From NCBI GenBank assembly GCA_964057225.1, contig OZ059900.1, forward strand, positions 9,548,001-9,612,000: a stretch of DNA of 64,000 nucleotides, read 5' to 3'. Origin of the DNA: Auanema rhodensis. Its lineage: Eukaryota; Animalia; Nematoda. Below are positions 13,901 through 28,900 of this stretch, piece by piece; positions within the stretch are counted from its first letter, which is position 1, and the number at the start of each line of letters is the position of its first letter. The translations under genes were made by a program, and so were the position numbers. The notes under the pieces are model-generated. The model was not told where the DNA came from and ran no database searches. It saw only the letters and a program-made list of their open reading frames with translations.

Positions 13901-16900
13901 TCGACTTCATGGTAGTACTCATGTTAGGATCTTTAGTAGACTTCGGCGTTGACGGAGCCTTGGTTGATGGAGCCTTTGTAGACTTCATGGTAGTACTCAT
14001 GGTAGGATCTTTAGTTGACTTCGGCGTTGACGGAGCCTTGGTTGATGGAGCCTTTGTCGACTTCATGGTAGTACTCATGTTAGGATCTTTAGTAGACTTC
14101 GGCGTTGACGGAGCCTTGGTTGATGCAGCCTTTGTCGACTTCATGGTAGTACTCATGGTAGGATCTTTAGTTGACTTCGGCGTTGACGGAGCCTTGGTTG
14201 ATGGAGCCTTTGTCGACTTCATGGTAGTACTCATGGTAGGATCTTTAGTTGACTTCGGCGTTGACGGAGCCTTGGTTGATGCAGCCTTTGTCGACTTCAT
14301 GGTAGTACTCATGGTAGGATCTTTAGTTGACTTCGGCGTTGACGGAGCCTTGGTTGATGGAGCCTTTGTCGACTTCATGGTAGTACTCATGTTAGGATCT
14401 TTAGTAGACTTCGGCGTTGACGGAGCCTTGGTTGATGGAGCCTTTGTAGACTTCATGGTAGTACTCATGTTAGGATCTTTAGTTGACTTCGGCGTTGACG
14501 GAGCCTTGGTTGATGGAGCCTTTGTAGACTTCATGGTAGTACTCATGTTAGGATCTTTAGTTGACTTCGGCGTTGACGGAGCCTTGGTTGATGGAGCCTT
14601 TGTCGACTTCATGGTAGTACTCATGTTAGGATCTTTAGTAGACTTCGGCGTTGACGGAGCCTTGGTTGATGGAGCCTTTGTAGACTTCTTGGTAGTACTC
14701 ATGTTAGGATCTTTAGTTGACTTCGGCGTTGACGGAGCCTTGGTTGATGGAGCCTTTGTAGACTTCATGGTAGTACTCATGTTAGGATCTTTAGTAGACT
14801 TCGGCGTTGACGGAGCCTTGGTTGATGGAGCCTTTGTAGACTTCATGGTAGTACTCATGTTAGGATCTTTAGTAGACTTCGGCGTTGACGGAGCCTTGGT
14901 TGATGGAGCCTTTGTCGACTTCATGGTAGTACTCATGGTAGGATCTTTAGTTGACTTCGGCGTTGACGGAGCCTTGGTTGATGGAGCCTTTGTCGACTTC
15001 ATGGTAGTACTCATGTTAGGATCTTTAGTTGACTTCGGCGTTGACGGAGCCTTGGTTGATGCAGCCTTTGTAGACTTCATTGTAGTACTCATGTTAGGAT
15101 CTTTAGTTGACTTCGGCGTTGACGGAGCCTTGGTTGATGCAGCCTTTGTCGACTTCATGGTAGTACTCATGGTAGGATCTTTAGTTGACTTCGGCGTTGA
15201 CGGAGCCTTGGTTGATGCAGCCTTTGTAGACTTCATTGTAGTACTCATGTTAGGATCTTTAGTTGACTTCGGCGTTGACGGAGCCTTGGTTGATGCAGCC
15301 TTTGTAGACTTCATGGTAGTACTCATGTTAGGATCTTTAGTTGACTTCGGCGTTGACGGAGCCTTGGTTGATGCAGCCTTTGTAGACTTCATGGTAGTAC
15401 TCATGTTAGGATCTTTAGTTGACTTCGGCGTTGACGGAGCCTTGGTTGATGCAGCCTTTGTAGACTTCATGGTAGTACTCATGTTAGGATCTTTAGTTGA
15501 CTTCGGCGTTGACGGAGCCTTGGTTGATGCAGCCTTTGTAGACTTCATGGTAGTACTCATGTTAGGATCTTTAGTTGACTTCGGCGTTGACGGAGCCTTG
15601 GTTGATGCAGCCTTTGTAGACTTCATTGTAGTACTCATGTTAGGATCTTTAGTTGACTTCGGCGTTGACGGAGCCTTGGTTGATGCAGCCTTTGTAGACT
15701 TCATTGTAGTACTCATGTTAGGATCTTTAGTTGACTTCGGCGTTGACGGAGCCTTGGTTGATGCAGCCTTTGTAGACTTCATGGTAGTACTCATGTTAGG
15801 ATCTTTAGTTGACTTCGGCGTTGACGGAGCCTTGGTTGATGCAGCCTTTGTAGACTTCATGGTAGTACTCATGTTAGGATCTTTAGTAGACTTTGGCGTT
15901 GACGGAGCCTTGGTTGATGGAGCCTTTGTCGACTTCATGGTAGTACTCATGGTAGGATCTTTAGTTGACTTCGGCGTTGACGGAGCCTTGGTTGATGCAG
16001 CCTTTGTCGACTTCATGGTAGTACTCATGGTAGGATCTTTAGTTGACTTCGGCGTTGACGGAGCCTTGGTTGATGGAGCCTTTGTCGACTTCATGGTAGT
16101 ACTCATGGTAGGATCTTTAGTTGACTTCGGCGTTGACGGAGCCTTGGTTGATGCAGCCTTTGTCGACTTCATGGTAGTACTCATGGTAGGATCTTTAGTT
16201 GACTTCGGCGTTGACGGAGCCTTGGTTGATGGAGCCTTTGTCGACTTCATGGTAGTACTCATGTTAGGATCTTTAGTAGACTTCGGCGTTGACGGAGCCT
16301 TGGTTGATGCAGCCTTTGTCGACTTCATGGTAGTACTCATGTTAGGATCTTTAGTAGACTTCGGCGTTGACGGAGCCTTGGTTGATGGAGCCTTTGTAGA
16401 CTTCATGGTAGTACTCATGGTAGGATCTTTAGTTGACTTCGGCGTTGACGGAGCCTTGGTTGATGGAGCCTTTGTCGACTTCATGGTAGTACTCATGTTA
16501 GGATCTTTAGTAGACTTCGGCGTTGACGGAGCCTTGGTTGATGCAGCCTTTGTCGACTTCATGGTAGTACTCATGGTAGGATCTTTAGTTGACTTCGGCG
16601 TTGACGGAGCCTTGGTTGATGGAGCCTTTGTCGACTTCATGGTAGTACTCATGGTAGGATCTTTAGTTGACTTCGGCGTTGACGGAGCCTTGGTTGATGC
16701 AGCCTTTGTCGACTTCATGGTAGTACTCATGGTAGGATCTTTAGTTGACTTCGGCGTTGACGGAGCCTTGGTTGATGGAGCCTTTGTCGACTTCATGGTA
16801 GTACTCATGTTAGGATCTTTAGTAGACTTCGGCGTTGACGGAGCCTTGGTTGATGGAGCCTTTGTAGACTTCATGGTAGTACTCATGTTAGGATCTTTAG

Positions 16901-19900
16901 TTGACTTCGGCGTTGACGGAGCCTTGGTTGATGGAGCCTTTGTAGACTTCATGGTAGTACTCATGTTAGGATCTTTAGTTGACTTCGGCGTTGACGGAGC
17001 CTTGGTTGATGGAGCCTTTGTCGACTTCATGGTAGTACTCATGTTAGGATCTTTAGTAGACTTCGGCGTTGACGGAGCCTTGGTTGATGGAGCCTTTGTA
17101 GACTTCTTGGTAGTACTCATGTTAGGATCTTTAGTTGACTTCGGCGTTGACGGAGCCTTGGTTGATGGAGCCTTTGTAGACTTCATGGTAGTACTCATGT
17201 TAGGATCTTTAGTAGACTTCGGCGTTGACGGAGCCTTGGTTGATGGAGCCTTTGTAGACTTCATGGTAGTACTCATGTTAGGATCTTTAGTAGACTTCGG
17301 CGTTGACGGAGCCTTGGTTGATGGAGCCTTTGTCGACTTCATGGTAGTACTCATGGTAGGATCTTTAGTTGACTTCGGCGTTGACGGAGCCTTGGTTGAT
17401 GGAGCCTTTGTCGACTTCATGGTAGTACTCATGTTAGGATCTTTAGTTGACTTCGGCGTTGACGGAGCCTTGGTTGATGCAGCCTTTGTAGACTTCATTG
17501 TAGTACTCATGTTAGGATCTTTAGTTGACTTCGGCGTTGACGGAGCCTTGGTTGATGCAGCCTTTGTCGACTTCATGGTAGTACTCATGGTAGGATCTTT
17601 AGTTGACTTCGGCGTTGACGGAGCCTTGGTTGATGCAGCCTTTGTAGACTTCATTGTAGTACTCATGTTAGGATCTTTAGTTGACTTCGGCGTTGACGGA
17701 GCCTTGGTTGATGCAGCCTTTGTAGACTTCATGGTAGTACTCATGTTAGGATCTTTAGTTGACTTCGGCGTTGACGGAGCCTTGGTTGATGCAGCCTTTG
17801 TAGACTTCATGGTAGTACTCATGTTAGGATCTTTAGTTGACTTCGGCGTTGACGGAGCCTTGGTTGATGCAGCCTTTGTAGACTTCATGGTAGTACTCAT
17901 GTTAGGATCTTTAGTTGACTTCGGCGTTGACGGAGCCTTGGTTGATGCAGCCTTTGTAGACTTCATGGTAGTACTCATGTTAGGATCTTTAGTTGACTTC
18001 GGCGTTGACGGAGCCTTGGTTGATGCAGCCTTTGTAGACTTCATTGTAGTACTCATGTTAGGATCTTTAGTTGACTTCGGCGTTGACGGAGCCTTGGTTG
18101 ATGCAGCCTTTGTAGACTTCATTGTAGTACTCATGTTAGGATCTTTAGTTGACTTCGGCGTTGACGGAGCCTTGGTTGATGCAGCCTTTGTAGACTTCAT
18201 GGTAGTACTCATGTTAGGATCTTTAGTTGACTTCGGCGTTGACGGAGCCTTGGTTGATGCAGCCTTTGTAGACTTCATGGTAGTACTCATGTTAGGATCT
18301 TTAGTAGACTTTGGCGTTGACGGAGCCTTGGTTGATGGAGCCTTTGTCGACTTCATGGTAGTACTCATGGTAGGATCTTTAGTTGACTTCGGCGTTGACG
18401 GAGCCTTGGTTGATGGAGCCTTTGTAGACTTCATGGTAGTACTCATGTTAGGATCTTTAGTTGACTTCGGCGTTGACGGAGCCTTGGTTGATGGAGCCTT
18501 TGTCGACTTCATGGTAGTACTCATGGTAGGATCTTTAGTTGACTTCGGCGTTGACGGAGCCTTGGTTGATGGAGCCTTTGTCGACTTCATGGTAGTACTC
18601 ATGGTAGGATCTTTAGTTGACTTCGGCGTTGACGGAGCCTTGGTTGATGCAGCCTTTGTCGACTTCATGGTAGTACTCATGGTAGGATCTTTAGTTGACT
18701 TCGGCGTTGACGGAGCCTTGGTTGATGGAGCCTTTGTCGACTTCATGGTAGTACTCATGGTAGGATCTTTAGTTGACTTCGGCGTTGACGGAGCCTTGGT
18801 TGATGCAGCCTTTGTCGACTTCATGGTAGTACTCATGGTAGGATCTTTAGTTGACTTCGGCGTTGACGGAGCCTTGGTTGATGGAGCCTTTGTCGACTTC
18901 ATGGTAGTACTCATGTTAGGATCTTTAGTAGACTTCGGCGTTGACGGAGCCTTGGTTGATGGAGCCTTTGTAGACTTCATGGTAGTACTCATGGTAGGAT
19001 CTTTAGTTGACTTCGGCGTTGACGGAGCCTTGGTTGATGGAGCCTTTGTCGACTTCATGGTAGTACTCATGTTAGGATCTTTAGTAGACTTCGGCGTTGA
19101 CGGAGCCTTGGTTGATGCAGCCTTTGTCGACTTCATGGTAGTACTCATGTTAGGATCTTTAGTAGACTTCGGCGTTGACGGAGCCTTGGTTGATGGAGCC
19201 TTTGTAGACTTCATGGTAGTACTCATGGTAGGATCTTTAGTTGACTTCGGCGTTGACGGAGCCTTGGTTGATGGAGCCTTTGTCGACTTCATGGTAGTAC
19301 TCATGTTAGGATCTTTAGTAGACTTCGGCGTTGACGGAGCCTTGGTTGATGCAGCCTTTGTAGACTTCATGGTAGTACTCATGGTAGGATCTTTAGTTGA
19401 CTTCGGCGTTGACGGAGCCTTGGTTGATGGAGCCTTTGTCGACTTCATGGTAGTACTCATGTTAGGATCTTTAGTAGACTTCGGCGTTGACGGAGCCTTG
19501 GTTGATGCAGCCTTTGTCGACTTCATGGTAGTACTCATGGTAGGATCTTTAGTTGACTTCGGCGTTGACGGAGCCTTGGTTGATGGAGCCTTTGTCGACT
19601 TCATGGTAGTACTCATGGTAGGATCTTTAGTTGACTTCGGCGTTGACGGAGCCTTGGTTGATGCAGCCTTTGTCGACTTCATGGTAGTACTCATGGTAGG
19701 ATCTTTAGTTGACTTCGGCGTTGACGGAGCCTTGGTTGATGGAGCCTTTGTCGACTTCATGGTAGTACTCATGGTAGGATCTTTAGTTGACTTCGGCGTT
19801 GACGGAGCCTTGGTTGATGGAGCCTTTGTCGACTTCATGGTAGTACTCATGGTAGGATCTTTAGTTGACTTCGGCGTTGACGGAGCCTTGGTTGATGGAG

Positions 19901-22900
19901 CCTTTGTCGACTTCATGGTAGTACTCATGTTAGGATCTTTAGTAGACTTCGGCGTTGACGGAGCCTTGGTTGATGGAGCCTTTGTAGACTTCATGGTAGT
20001 ACTCATGTTAGGATCTTTAGTTGACTTCGGCGTTGACGGAGCCTTGGTTGATGGAGCCTTTGTAGACTTCATGGTAGTACTCATGTTAGGATCTTTAGTT
20101 GACTTCGGCGTTGACGGAGCCTTGGTTGATGGAGCCTTTGTCGACTTCATGGTAGTACTCATGTTAGGATCTTTAGTAGACTTCGGCGTTGACGGAGCCT
20201 TGGTTGATGGAGCCTTTGTAGACTTCTTGGTAGTACTCATGTTAGGATCTTTAGTTGACTTCGGCGTTGACGGAGCCTTGGTTGATGGAGCCTTTGTAGA
20301 CTTCATGGTAGTACTCATGTTAGGATCTTTAGTAGACTTCGGCGTTGACGGAGCCTTGGTTGATGGAGCCTTTGTAGACTTCATGGTAGTACTCATGTTA
20401 GGATCTTTAGTAGACTTCGGCGTTGACGGAGCCTTGGTTGATGGAGCCTTTGTCGACTTCATGGTAGTACTCATGGTAGGATCTTTAGTTGACTTCGGCG
20501 TTGACGGAGCCTTGGTTGATGTAGCCTTTGTCGACTTCATGGTAGTACTCATGTTAGGATCTTTAGTTGACTTCGGCGTTGACGGAGCCGTGGTTGATGC
20601 AGCCTTTGTAGACTTCATTGTAGTACTCATGTTAGGATCTTTAGTAGACTTCGGCGTTGACGGAGCCTTGGTTGATGGAGCCTTTGTAGACTTCATGGTA
20701 GTACTCATGTTAGGATCTTTAGTTGACTTCGGCGTTGACGGAGCCTTGGTTGATGGAGCCTTTGTAGACTTCATGGTAGTACTCATGTTAGGATCTTTAG
20801 TAGACTTCGGCGTTGACGGAGCCTTGGTTGATGGAGCCTTTGTCGACTTCATGGTAGTACTCATGTTAGGATCTTTAGTTGACTTCGGCGTTGACGGAGC
20901 CTTGGTTGATGGAGCCTTTGTAGACTTCATGGTAGTACTCATGTTAGGATCTTTAGTTGACTTCGGCGTTGACGGAGCCTTGGTTGATGGAGCCTTTGTC
21001 GACTTCATGGTAGTACTCATGTTAGGATCTTTAGTTGACTTCGGCGTTGACGGAGCCGTGGTTGATGCAGCCTTTGTAGACTTCATTGTAGTACTCATGT
21101 TAGGATCTTTAGTAGACTTCGGCGTTGACGGAGCCTTGGTTGATGGAGCCTTTGTAGACTTCATGGTAGTACTCATGTTAGGATCTTTAGTTGACTTCGG
21201 CGTTGACGGAGCCTTGGTTGATGGAGCCTTTGTAGATTTCATGGTAGTACTCATGTTAGGATCTTTAGTTGACTTCGGCGTTGACGGAGCCTTGGTTGAT
21301 GGAGCCTTTGTAGACTTCATGGTAGTACTCATGTTAGGATCTTTAGTAGACTTCGGCGTTGACGGAGCCTTGGTTGATGGAGCCTTTGTCGACTTCATGG
21401 TAGTACTCATGGTAGGATCTTTAGTTGACTTCGGCGTTGACGGAGCCTTGGTTGATGGAGCGTTTGTCGACTTCATGGTAGTACTCATGTTAGGATCTTT
21501 AGTAGACTTCGGCGTTGACGGAGCCTTGGTTGATGGAGCCTTTGTAGACTTCATGGTAGTGCTCATGTTAGGATCTTTAGTTGACTTCGGCGTTGACGGA
21601 GCCTTGGTTGATGGAGCCTTTGTCGACTTCATGGTAGTACTCATGTTAGGATCTTTAGTAGACTTCGGCGTTGACGGAGCCTTGGTTGATGGAGCCTTTG
21701 TCGACTTCATGGTAGTACTCATGTTAGGATCTTTAGTAGACTTCGGCGTTGACGGAGCCTTGGTTGATGGAGCCTTTGTAGACTTCATGGTAGTACTCAT
21801 GTTAGGATCTTTAGTTGACTTCGGCGTTGACGGAGCCTTGGTTGATGGAGCCTTTGTAGACTTCATGGTAGTGCTCATGTTAGGATCTTTAGTTGACTTC
21901 GGCGTTGACGGAGCCTTGGTTGATGGAGCCTTTGTAGACTTCATGGTAGTACTCATGTTAGGATCTTTAGTTGACTTCGGCGTTGACGGAGCCTTGGTTG
22001 ATGGAGCCTTTGTAGACTTCATGGTAGTACTCATGTTAGGATCTTTAGTTGACTTCGGCGTTGACGGAGCCTTGGTTGATGGAGCCTTTGTAGACTTCAT
22101 GGTAGTGCTCATGTTAGGATCTTTAGTTGACTTCGGCGTTGACGGAGCCTTGGTTGATGGAGCCTTTGTAGACTTCATGGTAGTACTCATGTTAGGATCT
22201 TTAGTAGACTTCGGCGTTGACGGAGCCTTGGTTGATGGAGCCTTTGTCGACTTCATGGTAGTACTGATGTTAGGATCTTTAGTTGACTTCGGCGTTGACG
22301 GAGCCTTGGTTGATGGAGCCTTTGTCGACTTCATGGTAGTACTCATGTTAGGATCTTTAGTAGACTTCGGCGTTGACGGAGCCTTGGTTGATGGAGCCTT
22401 TGTAGACTTCATGGTAGTACTCATGTTAGGATCTTTAGTTGACTTCGGCGTTGACGGAGCCTTGGTTGATGGAGCCTTTGTAGACTTCATGGTAGTACTC
22501 ATGTTAGGATCTTTAGTAGACTTCGGCGTTGACGGAGCCTTGGTTGATGGAGCCTTTGTCGACTTCATGGTAGTACTCATGTTAGGATCTTTAGTAGACT
22601 TCGGCGTTGACGGAGCCTTGGTTGATGGAGCCTTTGTCGACTTCATGGTAGTACTCATGTTAGGATCTTTAGTAGACTTCGGCGTTGACGGAGCCTTGGT
22701 TGATGGAGCCTTTGTCGACTTCATGGTAGTACTCATGTTAGGATCTTTAGTTGACTTCGGCGTTGACGGAGCCTTGGTTGATGGAGCCTTTGTCGACTTC
22801 ATGGTAGTACTCATGTTAGGATCTTTAGTAGACTTCGGCGTTGACGGAGCCTTGGTTGATGGAGCCTTTGTAGACTTCATGGTAGTACTCATGTTAGGAT

Positions 22901-25900
22901 CTTTAGTTGACTTCGGCGTTGACGGAGCCTTGGTTGATGGAGCCTTTGTAGACTTCATGGTAGTACTCATGTTAGGATCTTTAGTTGACTTCGGCGTTGA
23001 CGGAGCCTTGGTTGATGGAGCCTTTGTAGACTTCATGGTAGTACTGATGTTAGGATCTTTAGTTGACTTCGGCGTTGACGGGGCCTTGGTTGATGGAGCC
23101 TTTGTCGACTTCATGGTAGTACTCATGTTAGGATCTTTAGTTGACTTCGGCGTTGACGGAGCCTTGGTTGATGGAGCCTTTGTAGACTTCATGGTAGTAC
23201 CCATGTTAGGATCTTTAGTTGACTTCGGCGTTGACGGAGCCTTGGTTGATGGAGCCTTTGTCGACTTCATGGTAGTACTGATGTTAGGATCTTTAGTTGA
23301 CTTCGGCGTTGACGGAGCCTTGGTTGATGGAGCCTTTGTAGACTTCATGGTAGTACTCATGTTAGGATCTTTAGTAGACTTCGGCGTTGACGGAGCCTTG
23401 GTTGATGGAGCCTTTGTCGACTTCATGGTAGTACTCATGTTAGGATCTTTAGTTGACTTCGGCGTTGACGGAGCCTTGGTTGATGGAGCCTTTGTAGACT
23501 TCATGGTAGTACTCATGTTAGGATCTTTAGTAGACTTCGGCGTTGACGGAGCCTTGGTTGATGGAGCCTTTGTCGACTTCATGGTAGTACTGATGTTAGG
23601 ATCTTTAGTTGACTTCGGCGTTGACGGAGCCTTGGTTGATGGAGCCTTTGTCGACTTCATGGTAGTACTCATGTTAGGATCTTTAGTAGACTTCGGCGTT
23701 GACGGAGCCTTGGTTGATGGAGCCTTTGTAGACTTCATGGTAGTACTCATGTTAGGATCTTTAGTTGACTTCGGCGTTGACGGAGCCTTGGTTGATGGAG
23801 CCTTTGTAGACTTCATGGTAGTACTCATGTTAGGATCTTTAGTTGACTTCGGCGTTGACGGAGCCTTGGTTGATGGAGCCTTTGTAGACTTCATGGTAGT
23901 ACTCATGTTAGGATCTTTAGTAGACTTCGGCGTTGACGGAGCCTTGGTTGATGGAGCCTTTGTAGACTTCATGGTAGTACTCATGTTAGGATCTTTAGTA
24001 GACTTCGGCGTTGACGGAGCCTTGGTTGATGGAGCCTTTGTAGACTTCATGGTAGTACTCATGTTAGGATCTTTAGTAGACTTCGGCGTTGACGGAGCCT
24101 TGGTTGATGGAGCCTTTGTAGGCTTCATGGTAGTACTCATGTTAGGATCTTTAGTAGACTTCGGCGTTGACGGAGCCTTGGTTGATGGAGCCTTTGTAGA
24201 CTTCATGGTAGTACTCATGTTAGGATCTTTAGTAGACTTCGGCGTTGACGGAGCCTTGGTTGATGGAGCCTTTGTAGACTTCATGGTAGTACTCATGTTA
24301 GGATCTTTAGTAGACTTCGGCGTTGACGGAGCCTTGGTTGATGGAGCCTTTGTAGACTTCATGGTAGTACTCATGTTAGGATCTTTAGTAGACTTCGGCG
24401 TTGACGGAGCCTTGGTTGATGGAGCCTTTGTAGACTTCATGGTAGTACTCATGTTAGGATCTTTAGTAGACTTCGGCGTTGACGGAGCCTTGGTTGATGG
24501 AGCCTTTGTAGACTTCATGGTAGTACTCATGTTAGGATCTTTAGTTGACTTCGGCGTTGACGGAGCCTTGGTTGATGGAGCCTTTGTCGACTTCATGGTA
24601 GTACTCATGTTAGGATCTTTAGTAGACTTCGGCGTTGACGGAGCCTTGGTTGATGGAGCCTTTGTAGACTTCATGGTAGTACTCATGTTAGGATCTTTAG
24701 TAGACTTCGGCGTTGACGGAGCCTTGGTTGATGCAGCCTCTGTAGACTTCATGGTAGTACTCATGTTAGGATCTTTAGTTGACTTCGGCGTTGACGGAGC
24801 CTTGGTTGATGGAGCCTTTGTCGACTTCATGGTAGTACTCATGTTAGGATCTTTAGTAGACTTCGGCGTTGACGGAGCCTTGGTTGATGGAGCCTTTGTA
24901 GACTTCATGGTAGTACTCATGTTAGGATCTTTAGTTGACTTCGGCGTTGACGGAGCCTTGGTTGATGGAGCCTTTGTAGACTTCATGGTAGTACTCATGT
25001 TAGGATCTTTAGTTGACTTCGGCGTTGACGGAGCCTTGGTTGATGGAGCCTTTGTAGACTTCATGGTAGTACTCATGTTAGGATCTTTAGTAGACTTCGG
25101 CGTTGACGGAGCCTTGGTTGATGGAGCCTTTGTAGACTTCATGGTAGTACTCATGTTAGGATCTTTAGTAGACTTCGGCGTTGACGGAGCCTTGGTTGAT
25201 GGAGCCTTTGTAGACTTCATGGTAGTACTCATGTTAGGATCTTTAGTAGACTTCGGCGTTGACGGAGCCTTGGTTGATGGAGCCTTTGTCGACTTCATGG
25301 TAGTACTCATGGTAGGATCTTTAGTTGACTTCGGCGTTGACGGAGCCTTGGTTGATGGAGCCTTTGTCGACTTCATGGTAGTACTCATGTTAGGATCTTT
25401 AGTTGACTTCGGCGTTGACGGAGCCTTGGTTGATGCAGCCTTTGTAGACTTCATTGTAGTACTCATGTTAGGATCTTTAGTAGACTTCGGCGTTGACGAA
25501 GCCTTGGTTGATGGAGCCTTTGTAGACTTCATGGTAGTACTCATGTTAGGATCTTTAGTTGACTTCGGCGTTGACGGAGCCTTGGTTGATGGAGCCTTTG
25601 TAGACTTCATGGTAGTACTCATGTTAGGATCTTTAGTAGACTTCGGCGTTGACGGAGCCTTGGTTGATGGAGCCTTTGTCGACTTCATGGTAGTACTCAT
25701 GTTAGGATCTTTAGTAGACTTCGGCGTTGACGGAGCCTTGGTTGATGGAGCCTTTGTAGACTTCATGGTAGTACTCATGTTAGGATCTTTAGTTGACTTC
25801 GGCGTTGACGGAGCCTTGGTTGATGGAGCCTTTGTAGACTTCATGGTAGTACTCATGGTAGGATCTTTAGTTGACTTCGGCGTTGACGGAGCCTTGGTTG

Positions 25901-28900
25901 ATGGAGCCTTTGTCGACTTCATGGTAGTACTCATGTTAGGATCTTTAGTTGACTTCGGCGTTGACGGAGCCTTGGTTGATGGAGCCTTTGTAGACTTCAT
26001 GGTAGTACTCATGTTAGGATCTTTAGTTGACTTCGGCGTTGACGGAGCCTTGGTTGATGGAGCCTTTGTAGACTTCATGGTAGTACTCATGGTAGGATCT
26101 TTAGTTGACTTCGGCGTTGACGGAGCCTTGGTTGATGGAGCCTTTGTAGACTTCATGGTAGTACTCATGTTAGGATCTTTAGTAGACTTCGGCGTTGACG
26201 GAGCCTTGGTTGATGGAGCCTTTGTCGACTTCATGGTAGTACTCATGGTAGGATCTTTAGTTGACTTCGGCGTTGACGGAGCCTTGGTTGATGGAGCCTT
26301 TGTAGACTTCATGGTAGTACTCATGTTAGGATCTTTAGTAGACTTCGGCGTTGACGGAGCCTTGGTTGATGGAGCCTTTGTAGACTTCATGGTAGTACTC
26401 ATGTTAGGATCTTTAGTAGACTTCGGCGTTGACGGAGCCTTGGTTGATGGAGCCTTTGTCGACTTCATGGTAGTACTCATGGTAGGATCTTTAGTTGACT
26501 TCGGCGTTGACGGAGCCTTGGTTGATGGAGCCTTTGTCGACTTCATGGTAGTACTCATGTTAGGATCTTTAGTTGACTTCGGCGTTGACGGAGCCTTGGT
26601 TGATGGAGCCTTTGTAGACTTCATGGTAGTACTCATGTTAGGATCTTTAGTTGACTTCGGCGTTGACGGAGCCTTGGTTGATGGAGCCTTTGTAGACTTC
26701 ATGGTAGTACTCATGGTAGGATCTTTAGTTGACTTCGGCGTTGACGGAGCCTTGGTTGATGGAGCCTTTGTCGACTTCATGGTAGTACTCATGTTAGGAT
26801 CTTTAGTAGACTTCGGCGTTGACGGAGCCTTGGTTGATGGAGCCTTTGTAGACTTCATGGTAGTACTCATGTTAGGATCTTTAGTTGACTTCGGCGTTGA
26901 CGGAGCCTTGGTTGATGGAGCCTTTGTAGACTTCATGGTAGTACTCATGTTAGGATCTTTAGTTGACTTCGGCGTTGACGGAGCCTTGGTTGATGCAGCC
27001 TTTGTGGACTTCATGGTAGTACTCATGGTAGGATCTTTAGTTGACTTCGGCGTTGACGGAGCCTTGGTTGATGGAGCCTTTGTAGACTTCATGGTAGTAC
27101 TCATGTTAGGATCTTTAGTTGACTTCGGCGTTGACGGAGCCTTGGTTGATGGAGCCTTTGTAGACTTCATGGTAGTACTCATGTTAGGATCTTTAGTTGA
27201 CTTCGGCGTTGACGGAGCCTTGGTTGATGGAGCCTTTGTAGACTTCATGGTAGTACTCATGTTAGGATCTTTAGTTGACTTCGGCGTTGACGGAGCCTTG
27301 GTTGATGCAGCCTTTGTGGACTTCATGGTAGTACTCATGGTAGGATCTTTAGTTGACTTCGGCGTTGACGGAGCCTTGGTTGATGGAGCCTTTGTAGACT
27401 TCATGGTAGTACTCATGTTAGGATCTTTAGTTGACTTCGGCGTTGACGGAGCCTTGGTTGATGGAGCCTTTGTCGACTTCATGGTAGTACTCATGTTAGG
27501 ATCTTTAGTAGACTTCGGCGTTGACGGAGCCTTGGTTGATGGAGCCTTTGTAGACTTCATGGTAGTACTCATGTTAGGATCTTTAGTTGACTTCGGCGTT
27601 GACGGAGCCTTGGTTGATGGAGCCTTTGTAGACTTCATGGTAGTACTCATGTTAGGATCTTTAGTAGACTTCGGCGTTGACGGAGCCTTGGTTGATGCAG
27701 CCTCTGTAGACTTCATGGTAGTACTCATGTTAGGATCTTTAGTTGACTTCGGCGTTGACGGAGCCTTGGTTGATGGAGCCTTTGTCGACTTCATGGTAGT
27801 ACTCATGTTAGGATCTTTAGTAGACTTCGGCGTTGACGGAGCCTTGGTTGATGGAGCCTTTGTAGACTTCATGGTAGTACTCATGTTAGGATCTTTAGTT
27901 GACTTCGGCGTTGACGGAGCCTTGGTTGATGGAGCCTTTGTAGACTTCATGGTAGTACTCATGTTAGGATCTTTAGTTGACTTCGGCGTTGACGGAGCCT
28001 TGGTTGATGGAGCCTTTGTAGACTTCATGGTAGTACTCATGTTAGGATCTTTAGTAGACTTCGGCGTTGACGGAGCCTTGGTTGATGGAGCCTTTGTAGA
28101 CTTCATGGTAGTACTCATGTTAGGATCTTTAGTAGACTTCGGCGTTGACGGAGCCTTGGTTGATGGAGCCTTTGTAGACTTCATGGTAGTACTCATGTTA
28201 GGATCTTTAGTAGACTTCGGCGTTGACGGAGCCTTGGTTGATGTAGCCTTTGTCGACTTCATGGTAGTACTCATGGTAGGATCTTTAGTTGACTTCGGCG
28301 TTGACGGAGCCTTGGTTGATGGAGCCTTTGTCGACTTCATGGTAGTACTCATGTTAGGATCTTTAGTTGACTTCGGCGTTGACGGAGCCTTGGTTGATGC
28401 AGCCTTTGTAGACTTCATTGTAGTACTCATGTTAGGATCTTTAGTAGACTTCGGCGTTGACGGAGCCTTGGTTGATGGAGCCTTTGTAGACTTCATGGTA
28501 GTACTCATGTTAGGATCTTTAGTTGACTTCGGCGTTGACGGAGCCTTGGTTGATGGAGCCTTTGTAGACTTCATGGTAGTACTCATGTTAGGATCTTTAG
28601 TAGACTTCGGCGTTGACGGAGCCTTGGTTGATGGAGCCTTTGTCGACTTCATGGTAGTACTCATGTTAGGATCTTTAGTAGACTTCGGCGTTGACGGAGC
28701 CTTGGTTGATGGAGCCTTTGTAGACTTCATGGTAGTACTCATGTTAGGATCTTTAGTTGACTTCGGCGTTGACGGAGCCTTGGTTGATGGAGCCTTTGTA
28801 GACTTCATGGTAGTACTCATGGTAGGATCTTTAGTTGACTTCGGCGTTGACGGAGCCCTGGTTGATGGAGCCTTTGTCGACTTCATGGTAGTACTCATGG

